Shown one piece after another: positions 10,085 to 18,525 of a stretch of 64,000 bases of DNA. The notes beneath the pieces were generated by a model, which was given only the letters and a program-made list of their open reading frames with translations, did no database searches and was not told the DNA's origin. Every line of letters starts with the position of its first letter. The first letter of the stretch is position 1. The stretch covers positions 621 through 64,620 of the forward strand of contig JAJZNX010000025.1 of the NCBI GenBank assembly GCA_021852275.1, given 5' to 3'. The DNA is from Planctomycetota bacterium. GTDB lineage: Bacteria > Planctomycetota > Phycisphaerae > WQYP01. A program made the translations under genes and the position numbers.

Positions 10085-10414
10085 ATGCAGCGCAATGAGG
10101 CGGACGGGATTATTATTTCCTGCGACTTTTGTGGGACGGATTGGGATGGCCAGGCCGCAATGGTCGAGGGGCATCATGGTTCGGTCATCTGTCTGGATTG
10201 CGTAAAAAAAGCGTTGGAAGGGGCCGCAGTGGGCGAGGATAAATACGAATGTACGTTGTGCCTGCGTCATAATATACCAGGGTCGCTGCCGCGGTGGACT
10301 AATCAGCCTAAGTTCAGTGCGGTGGTTTGCCAGGAATGCTTACATCAAGCGGCCAAGGCATTAAGCAAGGCACCCCATGCTCAATGGAAATGGCAGGGTG
10401 GAGCCAAAAAATAA
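10085..10414 (+). CDS. small protein with two ClpX-type C4 zinc-finger-like modules
   Basis: ATG at 10085 with GGAG 5 nt upstream. CDFCGTDWDGQAAMVEGHHGSVICLDCV resembles the ClpX N-terminal zinc-binding pattern CxxC...CxxC. A second module reads CTLC...VVCQEC. Confidence 0.5.
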   Translation: MQRNEADGIIISCDFCGTDWDGQAAMVEGHHGSVICLDCVKKALEGAAVGEDKYECTLCLRHNIPGSLPRWTNQPKFSAVVCQECLHQAAKALSKAPHAQWKWQGGAKK

Positions 10415-10476
10415 AATTGACATAGCCATGCTGCAGCGATAATCTACTAAAGTTATCTTTCAACAAGGAGATTAAA

Positions 10477-11430
10477 ATGAGTCGGCTTTTTCCAGACATT
10501 ACCTCTACGATGGGCAATACACCCCTGGTACGAATCAATCGTTTGATTCCAGCCGGACAGGCGACAGTATACGCCAAATGCGAATTTTTTAATCCGTTAG
10601 GCAGCGTGAAAGACCGCATTGGCGTGGCAATGATTGCGGCAGCGGAAAAGGCGGGGCAAATTAACAAAGAAACGCACATCTTGGAGGCTACCAGCGGCAA
10701 CACTGGAATAGCCTTGGCATTTGTGTGTGCGGCAAAAGGCTACAAACTTACGCTGTTCATGCCGGAAAGCATGTCGCTGGAGCGGCGTAAGCTGCTGCGA
10801 ATTTTAGGTGCGAACCTGGTATTGACACCAGCTACGGAAGGTATGCCGGGGGCGATCCGTCGTTGTTCTGAAGCGGCGGAACATGACAAGAACTCTCTGA
10901 TTGCGAGGCAGTTTGAAAATCCTGCCAATGTAGAGATTCACCAGAAAACCACTGCAGAAGAAATCTGGCGTGATACTGACGGCAAGGTGGATGTTTTAAT
11001 ATCAGCAGTAGGTACTGGAGGAACAATTTCAGGGGTGGCTTCGGTGATTAAGAAGCGAAATCCAAGATTTCGGGCGATTGCCGTGGAACCAACGAATTCG
11101 CCGGTGATAACGCAGACGAAAGCGGGCCAACCTATCAAGCCTGGCCCGCATAAGATTCAGGGTGCCGGTGCAGGATTTATTCCCAAGAACTTACATATGG
11201 ATATTGTGGATGAAGTGATACAATGCACGAATGAAGATGCATTTACCTGGGCGCGGCGTTTAGCGGCGGAAGAGGGAATTTTGGCGGGCATCAGTTCCGG
11301 AGCCAATATGTGGGCAGCGGCCCAGGTGGCAGCCAGGCCGGAAATGAAGGGCAAAGTGATTGTGACAATTATGTGTTCTACCGGAGAGCGGTATTTGAGC
11401 ACAGCCATGTTTGAAGGCTTGGATGTATAA
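10477..11430 (+). CDS. cysK: cysteine synthase A (O-acetylserine sulfhydrylase)
   Basis: 317 aa. [11 protein letters not shown], the PLP-lysine region [22 protein letters not shown] and GTGGTISG are canonical CysK motifs. Confidence 0.95.
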   Translation: MSRLFPDITSTMGNTPLVRINRLIPAGQATVYAKCEFFNPLGSVKDRIGVAMIAAAEKAGQINKETHILEATSGNTGIALAFVCAAKGYKLTLFMPESMSLERRKLLRILGANLVLTPATEGMPGAIRRCSEAAEHDKNSLIARQFENPANVEIHQKTTAEEIWRDTDGKVDVLISAVGTGGTISGVASVIKKRNPRFRAIAVEPTNSPVITQTKAGQPIKPGPHKIQGAGAGFIPKNLHMDIVDEVIQCTNEDAFTWARRLAAEEGILAGISSGANMWAAAQVAARPEMKGKVIVTIMCSTGERYLSTAMFEGLDV

Positions 11431-12033
11431 GGTTACCGTTGGAGGGTGGGTTAATTTTTGCGATAGGCGGGCAATTATACTCAATTTAACATAACGTATA
11501 TACTGATTCACATGTGTTAGGTAGTCTGAGTAACGAATGATTGGTATCTGTGGATGAATAATAGTACGTATTACTTTGATATGACCAGGTGGAGTCAGAG
11601 TAACAGAATGATGAGGCTGTTTTAGTACCTTTAGAATCCGAATTGCATAAGTCGGTAATCTGCGTCTGAAAGATATAACGCTAAGAGCACCATCAGATCC
11701 CCATGGCGATAAGGGACAATTAATCTGGTTAGGTTTTAACATAGTTGATGAGATGATAACTCCGTGGCGCAACCAGAAAATTCGGACTGGGAATTTACAG
11801 TATGTCATTGAAAACTTACGCCGGCCGAGTTTCCAATTAAAGAGAGAAGAGTATTGGTGAACGCTTGATATGTAACAGAGCTTTGCGGTTTTTAATACAA
11901 AAATCTTGGCTGGAAAATGGATGAACTTGATTGTTTGTGAGTTTTGCAGTCGAGCACGTATAATGACGACACGTGCTAAACAACTGGTTGAAGCCAGAGC
12001 TATGACTGAGAAAATTAAGAGGTACTTTTTCAT
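11260..12033 (-). CDS. hypothetical signal-peptide protein whose ORF runs across attL into host DNA
   Basis: A 257-codon ORF in AT-rich DNA, where the other frames are stop-dense. Begins [18 protein letters not shown]. Residues YIRYVKL are encoded by the att core. The last roughly 80 codons lie outside the prophage and antisense to the cysK 3' end. Confidence 0.35.
   Translation of the reverse strand: MKKYLLIFSVIALASTSCLARVVIIRARLQNSQTIKFIHFPAKIFVLKTAKLCYISSVHQYSSLFNWKLGRRKFSMTYCKFPVRIFWLRHGVIISSTMLKPNQINCPLSPWGSDGALSVISFRRRLPTYAIRILKVLKQPHHSVTLTPPGHIKVIRTIIHPQIPIIRYSDYLTHVNQYIRYVKLSIIARLSQKLTHPPTVTLYIQAFKHGCAQIPLSGRTHNCHNHFALHFRPGCHLGRCPHIGSGTDARQNSLFRR
11481..11501. repeat. attL: left copy of the 21-bp direct repeat TCAATTTAACATAACGTATAT (hybrid dif-like site 11484-11511)
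   Basis: Identical to 21660-21680. It contains ATTTAACATAA (reverse complement of the E. coli XerD arm TTATGTTAAAT) plus the 6-bp centre CGTATA. The distal arm TACTGATTCAC is non-canonical. Confidence 0.8.
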
Positions 12034-12481
12034 ATAAAGCCCTTTAATGAGAAAATTCTTATCAGGAATATGAGATCCTGTCAAGCAATGGCTGATAAAA
12101 AATCGAAAAAATGACGTTCAATCAAATATTTAACAGTACGTTAGGTATTTGTTTGTATCAGCCGACCTGATTACACCTCAGTAAAAGAGAAATGAGAAAG
12201 ATCCGCTCCACGGCCGCTTGGCCGCTTGCAACTCTCTTCCCTCCAGGCTGGCCGACTGCCGTCGGCATTAGTTTCGCAGGTTAAATATGTAATGATGCTT
12301 CGTGTAGATCAGGTGATGCCATTGCTGGCCTGCATGCATAATTCGTATCAGGTTACGGATGGACGAACGGTCCTGTTGGTTCTTTACGTGCTGAATCTGG
12401 CATTGAAATGACCAAAGAAAACAGTAAAAAAGCAGAAAGGCTATGCTGATGATTCTTGGCCAAGACTTCCACATATGTTAC

Positions 12482-12871
12482 CTAGTAAATAATGTGCTTT
12501 TGTTTTAATATCTCAGGTGGTATTTCGTCATTCTTACCGGCGATGGCACGCCAGAAGTTCTTAACGTGCTTAGTCTCTTGGTAAACGAAATGACGATCAG
12601 ATTCTGGACCTGTTTCAGGACATAATTCTCGGAACCAGATGATATCTAAGAGCTCGCAATATTTTCGCCTGGTAGCGTCAGAATGGATTATGTCCAAGAC
12701 TTGATACCCGAAGAGTTGGCCGAGAAATAAAGCTCCAATTGCTGATTCTAATTGTCGGGCATCTGTTTCGCTTCGGTGACTATCACGTAATGCGTCTTCC
12801 ACGGTTTGGAGAATTTTATGAAGGCGCTTTGCTTGTTCTCGGGTATGTGCAAATGGTTTAGTTTTTTTCAT
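12482..12871 (-). CDS. hypothetical protein (prophage accessory gene)
   Basis: 129 aa. The start overlaps the stop of the upstream ORF (ATGA at 12868-12871). No motif recognised. Confidence 0.6.
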   Translation of the reverse strand: MKKTKPFAHTREQAKRLHKILQTVEDALRDSHRSETDARQLESAIGALFLGQLFGYQVLDIIHSDATRRKYCELLDIIWFRELCPETGPESDRHFVYQETKHVKNFWRAIAGKNDEIPPEILKQKHIIY

Positions 12872-13131
12872 GATTTCTCCTCTAAAAAGTGTCCATTCAT
12901 CCGCTTAATCATCAGCAGGACAGCCGCAAACGCCTCCTGTTGGCCTTGCAACCTCCGATACGACGGGTCGTCCTCTCTGATGTGAATTGACTCAAGCTGG
13001 GCCATCCTGGCTTGCGCCTGAGCCTCCTTGCCCACCAGCCAGTTAATGAGTGGTTGACTGTCCATGACGGGATCCTTTCTGTAATGTTTTTGTTCGGCCT
13101 TCCGCTTCAGCGAAAAGCTTCTTGGACTCAT
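12868..13131 (-). CDS. hypothetical small protein (prophage accessory gene); the start is more likely the ATG at 13065
   Basis: 87-aa tracked ORF. An internal ATG at 13065 gives a 65-aa product, MDSQPLINWLVGKEAQAQARMAQLES..., predicted helical. Translationally coupled to 12482-12871. Confidence 0.45.
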   Translation of the reverse strand: MSPRSFSLKRKAEQKHYRKDPVMDSQPLINWLVGKEAQAQARMAQLESIHIREDDPSYRRLQGQQEAFAAVLLMIKRMNGHFLEEKS

Positions 13132-14329
13132 TCAGAACTGGCTTTAAAATGACTGAATGTCTCAAGCCACCCGGTAACAAGTGAGGTTGTTGGTAATGTT
13201 CTTTGCAGGCAACACTTTCCAAAGAGATCCACAAAGAAAATTCGTCGCCGGCATCGTCATCGGCTAAGGTTGGATTGTTTGAAGATATTCCAAATTCCTT
13301 GCCCAAGCTTCGGTCAGTAGCACGGACTAACTGTACGGTGTCTCCAACATATCCTTGTGCCAGAAAATTGATTGTCTGTTGTACTTCTGGTGCTAACGGG
13401 TTTGAATCACCACCAATAAAACTCGAGATTGTAAGGTTTCCAGCAATAACCCAGTGGTTGCCGACTCTTGCTGCATTGAGGTCAACTGTAAGCCCGGATG
13501 TGCGCGTAGAGTAGCCTGATGTCAGCAGGTTATTGGTATTGCTGGTTGCAGCAGTTGTAGTGTATTCAGGAGCGACAATTGTTGTGGTATCAGTGTACTT
13601 TTCCTCTTGCCGGCTAAGCATAGTTGCTCCAAATGTAGTGAGAACAGCTTGAGCTTGGTGCAGCACATTACCCAAGACATTAACTCCAACACCAGATACT
13701 GTGGTCATTGAGGTTAGCGGAGTTGAGATCCCGTTGACAGATATATCAACATTGTTTGCCCGGCTTTCGTTGAGGAGCCAGACTTTGACACGTACTTGAG
13801 GAACACGACGAAGTAAGAATCGAAGTAGCTTTTCTGCCTTCGAGTACAGGCTGATGGGACCAGTAACAACCAATCTGTCGCCAATAGCCGAGAAGTTGAC
13901 TCGTGGAATTGCAAGTTGTTCCGGAACAATGCCCGTTAAGCCAGGATTGATCGGGTTAGGGACAACGACAGTAAACTGCCGGCGATGAGACCAATGCAAG
14001 CGAATAACATTACCTCGGAGATGAGGAACCGTATCTGTTTCACGAGCTAAGACTCTTGACAATCTTCGGGCTGTATATCGTCCGGCAAGCCAAACAGGAT
14101 CATCCTGCAATCGTGGATTAAAAAGTAAATGCAGGTTTTCGGTTGCCAATGCGGAACGCAGTACCCGTAATGTCATAATGCCTGAGAGGCGAAAGCCATG
14201 ACCATATACGTGAAACTTACGGACTTCACGTATCGTAAAGTGCTGGTGGACTGGCGTGGATGGCAAATCACCCATAGCACAGCCGGTGAGTGATATCACT
14301 ATTAAAAACAAAATCGTTAACCGCTTCAT
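13043..14329 (-). CDS. secretin-family outer-membrane channel, lipoprotein (phage pIV-like)
   Basis: 428 aa. Lipobox LTGC at residues 14-17. The C-terminal half (TVDLNAARVGNHWVIAGNLTISSFIGG...PEVQQTINFLAQGYVGDTVQLV) follows the secretin C-domain pattern. The size matches f1 pIV (about 426 aa). ATGA overlap with the Zot-like gene. Confidence 0.75.
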   Translation of the reverse strand: MKRLTILFLIVISLTGCAMGDLPSTPVHQHFTIREVRKFHVYGHGFRLSGIMTLRVLRSALATENLHLLFNPRLQDDPVWLAGRYTARRLSRVLARETDTVPHLRGNVIRLHWSHRRQFTVVVPNPINPGLTGIVPEQLAIPRVNFSAIGDRLVVTGPISLYSKAEKLLRFLLRRVPQVRVKVWLLNESRANNVDISVNGISTPLTSMTTVSGVGVNVLGNVLHQAQAVLTTFGATMLSRQEEKYTDTTTIVAPEYTTTAATSNTNNLLTSGYSTRTSGLTVDLNAARVGNHWVIAGNLTISSFIGGDSNPLAPEVQQTINFLAQGYVGDTVQLVRATDRSLGKEFGISSNNPTLADDDAGDEFSLWISLESVACKEHYQQPHLLPGGLRHSVILKPVLNESKKLFAEAEGRTKTLQKGSRHGQSTTH

Positions 14330-15552
14330 CTAATAGCTTTCTCATGGATAGTCATAGCACCCGCCTGATGACGTAATGTATCTGGAGCTTTTGGCTTTGG
14401 AGGCCACCACCAATATCGTTGAGTGACTTTGCCGGCTGGTCCCATGATTTGAATACCACCATAATTGACATCGAGTATTTTCCATCCATCAAATTTAAGT
14501 CCGATGGGAAGTAGGCCAACGTGAGATCCGTTACCCAGTATGACAGAATCGCCGATGATCCCATATAGACGGAGCTTTGATGACTTTTTGTAGACTTTTC
14601 TGACGATAATCTGTTTATGATTCTTTTTGGCAGGTAAATGCTGGTGATCGTATATGGCATCGGCCACCAAGAAAAGTGCCAAGACGGCCAAAACGTATCT
14701 TTTCCACTTTCGACGAGGCTTTTCTGCATGGTGGTTGGCGTTAACTTGCACAATTGTTTGTTGCGGCTGAACTTGTCCTGCATAAGCCGGATTAGCAGGA
14801 GGTATCGGTATGTGATAAGTCTGGGAAGACTGTCCAGGTTCAGGTTGATCACTTAGCACAATTGGCATGACTTTATTTCCTGTTGGTCGACTAACAACTG
14901 ATCCAGGTCGATTAGCCTTATTGGCAGCAACTTTGGCGCGAGTGTCGTACAGTTTGTAATAAGGGAGCATTTCCGCCGCTGTAACAACACGCGGAAGACC
15001 GATAGCCTGTTGTCGCTGACCATTCTCCACATTGTAAGTACGCTGGAAAAAAAAAATCGGACGGCCGCCGACTCTTGGTACAAATTCTGGGAATCCAACT
15101 CGTCTACAAGCTGTAAATCGTGTAGCCCGTTGGCGAATGAAAATATCCAGGTTGGCAAAATTCTGGCACAAGAGCCAGAGGCTATCGCCGTCTTTCCTGA
15201 ATTGTGATATGTAGGCTTGGAATGTGTTGCGATGGCCTGAGGAATCTTTCTCCGCACTGTTGATCTTCCAATCGCGAGCGGACCAGATCAGGTGAGCTTC
15301 GTCTACGTAGACGTCATATCCAGGAGGTATCAACTCCCAGAAGTGTCTGGTTTCTCCGGCATCATCGTCCAATAGAACAACTTCAGCACCCGACCAGATT
15401 CTTTTGGCTTGCTGCACAAAAGCAGGCAGGATTGCAATATTGGTTGCAATTTTATGGTGTCGGTAAACAGAATCGAGCATCAATTGTACGGCGAGCAGGC
15501 TTTTGCCACGACCTGGTGCACCGTCAATTATTGTCAGTGTACCATCCATCAA
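14326..15552 (-). CDS. Zot / pI-like P-loop morphogenesis ATPase
   Basis: Walker A IIDGAPGRGKS, Walker B-like VYVDEAHLIW, and an internal TM segment (RYVLAVLALFLVADAIY) as in inovirus pI/Zot. The likely true start is the ATG at 15549 (TGATG overlap with the upstream ORF). Confidence 0.85.
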   Translation of the reverse strand: MMDGTLTIIDGAPGRGKSLLAVQLMLDSVYRHHKIATNIAILPAFVQQAKRIWSGAEVVLLDDDAGETRHFWELIPPGYDVYVDEAHLIWSARDWKINSAEKDSSGHRNTFQAYISQFRKDGDSLWLLCQNFANLDIFIRQRATRFTACRRVGFPEFVPRVGGRPIFFFQRTYNVENGQRQQAIGLPRVVTAAEMLPYYKLYDTRAKVAANKANRPGSVVSRPTGNKVMPIVLSDQPEPGQSSQTYHIPIPPANPAYAGQVQPQQTIVQVNANHHAEKPRRKWKRYVLAVLALFLVADAIYDHQHLPAKKNHKQIIVRKVYKKSSKLRLYGIIGDSVILGNGSHVGLLPIGLKFDGWKILDVNYGGIQIMGPAGKVTQRYWWWPPKPKAPDTLRHQAGAMTIHEKAIR

Positions 15553-15950
15553 CTATTACCCCAGAACTGATGATAAGCGATCAGGGCAATTCGGATTAAC
15601 AGACAAACAGGTAGCAGGAGAAGGAGAAAGGCCAAACCGTCAACAAATACGGCCATATCAATAAATGGGTTAATTACGTCAGATAAAATGCTATAAATGT
15701 TCTCTATTACTGGTGCTGCATTGGTTATTGCAGTGGTGATATAGCTGACGACATATGTTAACCCCATGGCAGATATGCTAGCTTGAAAGAAGCTTGAAAT
15801 TTCAGGCAGGTAACCTTCAAGGCATGAGTACATGTAGGTCCAGATAACTTGAGCAGCAGCTTCTAAGCCCTGTATGACAAACTTTGTCGCAAAGTGTGCG
15901 AAATCAACCAGTGGCTGCATTACGTATGAGATAGTACCAGAAAGACTCAT
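15549..15950 (-). CDS. hydrophobic minor-coat-like membrane protein (pVI-like by size and position)
   Basis: 133 aa with several hydrophobic segments. Located between the adsorption-protein gene and the Zot-like gene, as gene VI is in Ff phages. Confidence 0.55.
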   Translation of the reverse strand: MSLSGTISYVMQPLVDFAHFATKFVIQGLEAAAQVIWTYMYSCLEGYLPEISSFFQASISAMGLTYVVSYITTAITNAAPVIENIYSILSDVINPFIDMAVFVDGLAFLLLLLPVCLLIRIALIAYHQFWGNS

Positions 15951-15952
15951 TT

Positions 15953-18157
15953 TTAGTCCTCGTTAGATGGTGCTCCGAGTTTGAAAGGTAATTCACCACC
16001 CCATAGTGACCAGTGAAAAATCTTAACGGTTGCGACCAGAATCCATAAAATATAAAAGCCGGTGCAAATTGGTTGTAACCACTCGCAGCCTGTAGAGAAG
16101 GTTATTAGACCGGCAACGAATGCGTTACCAATTGTTGAAACTTCACCATCCGGATCTGATGATGAAGTCGAAGTGAAACCAGGTCCTGTCCAGGAAACAC
16201 CGTTTGAAGGTTGCTGGATGCCGCCGTAAAGCGGCATATTCGAGAGGTTGGTTTGACCATCTGTATTGGATGCAGACGCAACTGCACCGATGCCCGTTGA
16301 TTCTGTAGATGCGTTAGCAGAGTTAAGAATGGTGTTTGTTACAAACTGCAATGGTTGTGTGAGTCTTGTAGCCTTTAATACGTCATAAGCACCTGTGCCT
16401 GAAGTGCTGTTAAATGTGTAAGAACCGGATGAAGATGTAGCAGAAGGCATGTCTTGGGTTAGTTGTGTGACCATATAGCCAGCATCAGAAGATGCTGATA
16501 ATGCAGAGCTTTGGGTGTTTTGCTGAATTGTAGTTTGGGAAAGTTGACCACTGGTCAGTCCAGAGAACGTGGCCAGGTAAGGTTTGATGTTTCCGTTTGC
16601 ATCTGGGGCGTTATAGAACGCCTCGGCGAACATGTTTGTATAGACACCTTGAGGTGTGTCAGGTCCCTGATACCACTCGGCTGGAGTTTCTCCAGGTGCC
16701 TGTTGGAAGGAGGAAGTAGTAATGAAGTTATATGGTGCAGTTAAGTAACCTGATTGCGTTTCAGTGATACCATATGCGTATGAGAGTAGTTGTGGTAATG
16801 ACGCACTAACTTGACTCCCGAATGGCATGCTATTCAAACTTCCATTACCGTATTGGTTGTAAAATTGCCAGTCTAGTGCACCAAATGATGTGTAATAAGG
16901 TTGTGGTATAGATCCACCTAAACTCGAATTATAAAATTGACCTATATCGTAATTTGGTTGCCAGGTGAGAGCAGCGGCGATGTCGTCTAAATAGCTGTTT
17001 CCCTCCGGATCAAGAAAAACACTGTGGCCGATGTCGGGGTTGCCTTGTGGCCCGGTTAGGTTTGGATTGTCGGTTAGGAATACGCTGCTGCCCAGTGGGA
17101 CGGTTTCGGTGCCGGTGATTGCTTGTGCTTGGGTTTGGAATGCTGAATCCCAAATACCCTGTTGGGGGTAGGTCTGGTTGTGGTTTGGCATGTACCATGC
17201 TTCCCAGTTGTTTCGTCCCGAGAAGACAGATACGCTTTCTTCTGGTCCGTATTCGTCTTTGAATACGGAGCTTAGGCCTGCTTTTGGGCTGTTGGATGTG
17301 ATGCCTGTGTCGTAGTTGAGTTGTGCAAAGTAGGACAGTCCGCCGTTTATTCCGAGGTTGGTGTTCGCGGTGGGTTGGACGAAGGCGCTTGCTCCGTATT
17401 TGTCTGTGAAGACGGGCCAAGAGTTGTTGTATTCGGTGGCTTCTTGCCATGCCGTCGGGGGCTGAAGTGCGTTTGCTAGGTTTTGCGCCGCGGCGTCCGG
17501 GTTGTAGGCGAAGTCGGATTGTTCGGTCAAGGCGTTGTAAAACAGGCTGTTGCCGTTGCCGTCCTTGAATACGCTGGTGGCGGTGCCTTTCTGGTTTCCG
17601 GAGGAGTTTGTGTAGGTTGGGGTGAAAGAGAAGTCGCTGCCGCCGGTGTTGGGGTCTATGAAGACGCTTTGGTAGGTTGATGGTTCGTTTAGGGTGCCGG
17701 TGGCGTAGTAGGGCATTCCGTTGCCCATCATCCACCATGGGTTTTGGCTGTATTGTTGCTGGAATACGCTCCATTGGTTGTTTTGGTCGTAGAAAGCGTG
17801 GTAATTGATTGATGCGGTGCTGGCGAGTACGCCAGTTTGGTTGGCGGTGTTGCCGCGTATGGCGGGTAGTTCGCCGACGGTGCTTGTGCCGACGGTTGCG
17901 TCGTTTGCTATGCCGATTTGGGCGGCGCTTTGGTTGATGGCGTTTACCACGGTGCTGAAGGCTGGGTATGAGCCTGATCCGTTGTTGTTGGTGTAGGCCG
18001 CGCTTGCCGTTGCGCAAGGGGCGGCGGCTGTGGCTAGGATTATGGCTGCGGCCGCCGTGTGGTGCCAGTTGGTGCGGGTGGTCCGCTGGGGCCAGGCGGT
18101 CGCTAGGAGGCTGTGTAGTCGGTGCGCGTCTTGTCGTCGTGTTTTTTTGGCGTTCAT
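15953..18157 (-). CDS. large N/S/T/Q/Y/G-rich secreted protein with a C-terminal membrane anchor (pIII-like adsorption / receptor-binding protein)
   Basis: The ATG at 18157 gives MNAKK...AAAAIILATAAAPCATASA, a signal peptide. The C-terminal hydrophobic anchor is GFYILWILVATVKIF. The largest gene of the element sits immediately upstream of the pVI-like and pI-like genes. Confidence 0.65.
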   Translation of the reverse strand: MNAKKTRRQDAHRLHSLLATAWPQRTTRTNWHHTAAAAIILATAAAPCATASAAYTNNNGSGSYPAFSTVVNAINQSAAQIGIANDATVGTSTVGELPAIRGNTANQTGVLASTASINYHAFYDQNNQWSVFQQQYSQNPWWMMGNGMPYYATGTLNEPSTYQSVFIDPNTGGSDFSFTPTYTNSSGNQKGTATSVFKDGNGNSLFYNALTEQSDFAYNPDAAAQNLANALQPPTAWQEATEYNNSWPVFTDKYGASAFVQPTANTNLGINGGLSYFAQLNYDTGITSNSPKAGLSSVFKDEYGPEESVSVFSGRNNWEAWYMPNHNQTYPQQGIWDSAFQTQAQAITGTETVPLGSSVFLTDNPNLTGPQGNPDIGHSVFLDPEGNSYLDDIAAALTWQPNYDIGQFYNSSLGGSIPQPYYTSFGALDWQFYNQYGNGSLNSMPFGSQVSASLPQLLSYAYGITETQSGYLTAPYNFITTSSFQQAPGETPAEWYQGPDTPQGVYTNMFAEAFYNAPDANGNIKPYLATFSGLTSGQLSQTTIQQNTQSSALSASSDAGYMVTQLTQDMPSATSSSGSYTFNSTSGTGAYDVLKATRLTQPLQFVTNTILNSANASTESTGIGAVASASNTDGQTNLSNMPLYGGIQQPSNGVSWTGPGFTSTSSSDPDGEVSTIGNAFVAGLITFSTGCEWLQPICTGFYILWILVATVKIFHWSLWGGELPFKLGAPSNED

Positions 18158-18363
18158 TTTGCAAGTTCCTTGTAGTGGTTGACTATTTCCGGGGTTCGGG
18201 CGCATTTGCCGCAGAGTCCACGGCCGCGGCTGAAGTCTACCCAGAGCCAGGATGTACCGTCTGGGCCTCTCCTGCGGCCAGTAAGATGGCATCCCACGCA
18301 TCGGCACTTTGTCCAAGACTGTCTGGACATGATCATTAGACGACGATCAATTTTCATTTTCAT
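18154..18363 (-). CDS. small Cys-rich zinc-ribbon-like protein
   Basis: ATG at 18363 with GGAAAGGA just upstream. 69 aa containing CRCVGC...CGKC. Its stop overlaps the pIII-like start (ATGA at 18154-18157). Confidence 0.45.
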   Translation of the reverse strand: MKMKIDRRLMIMSRQSWTKCRCVGCHLTGRRRGPDGTSWLWVDFSRGRGLCGKCARTPEIVNHYKELAK

Positions 18364-18484
18364 TGTCCTTTCCGCTTTTTGGTGAAAACATGGGTTTAAG
18401 CAGTGGCAGATAGACAAAAGCATAGAAGGCAAACATGCCACAAAAAAATGACAACACTGGCATTACATAATCTCCAAACGATGC

Positions 18485-18501
18485 CCGGGCCGGGGCCGAT
18501 A
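18485..18501. repeat. left arm of a 17-bp perfect inverted repeat bracketing the major-coat gene
   Basis: CCGGGCCGGGGCCGATA is the exact reverse complement of 18819-18835. Confidence 0.9.
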
Positions 18502-18525
18502 TTAGAGTGTGAAGTAACCTTCGGA

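Noticed and set aside
15057-15066. A10 tract (T10 on the coding strand) inside the Zot-like gene, and C8 at 61429-61436 inside the GT-C gene.
   Set aside because: Both are in frame (FFF and GG codons), and the ORFs continue with good family-like sequence. There is no evidence of disruption.
17010-18164. 384-aa ORF extremely rich in Arg, Gln, His and Pro on the minus strand.
   Set aside because: It is a frame-shifted shadow of the pIII-like gene, created by the extreme C/A-rich coding-strand composition of that segment. It has no RBS and a non-protein-like composition.
17020-18340. The adenine-poor plus strand suggested a diversity-generating retroelement (template/variable repeat pair).
   Set aside because: The window contains no reverse-transcriptase ORF and no second near-identical copy of the segment. 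The bias is uniform codon usage, not localised A-to-N variation.
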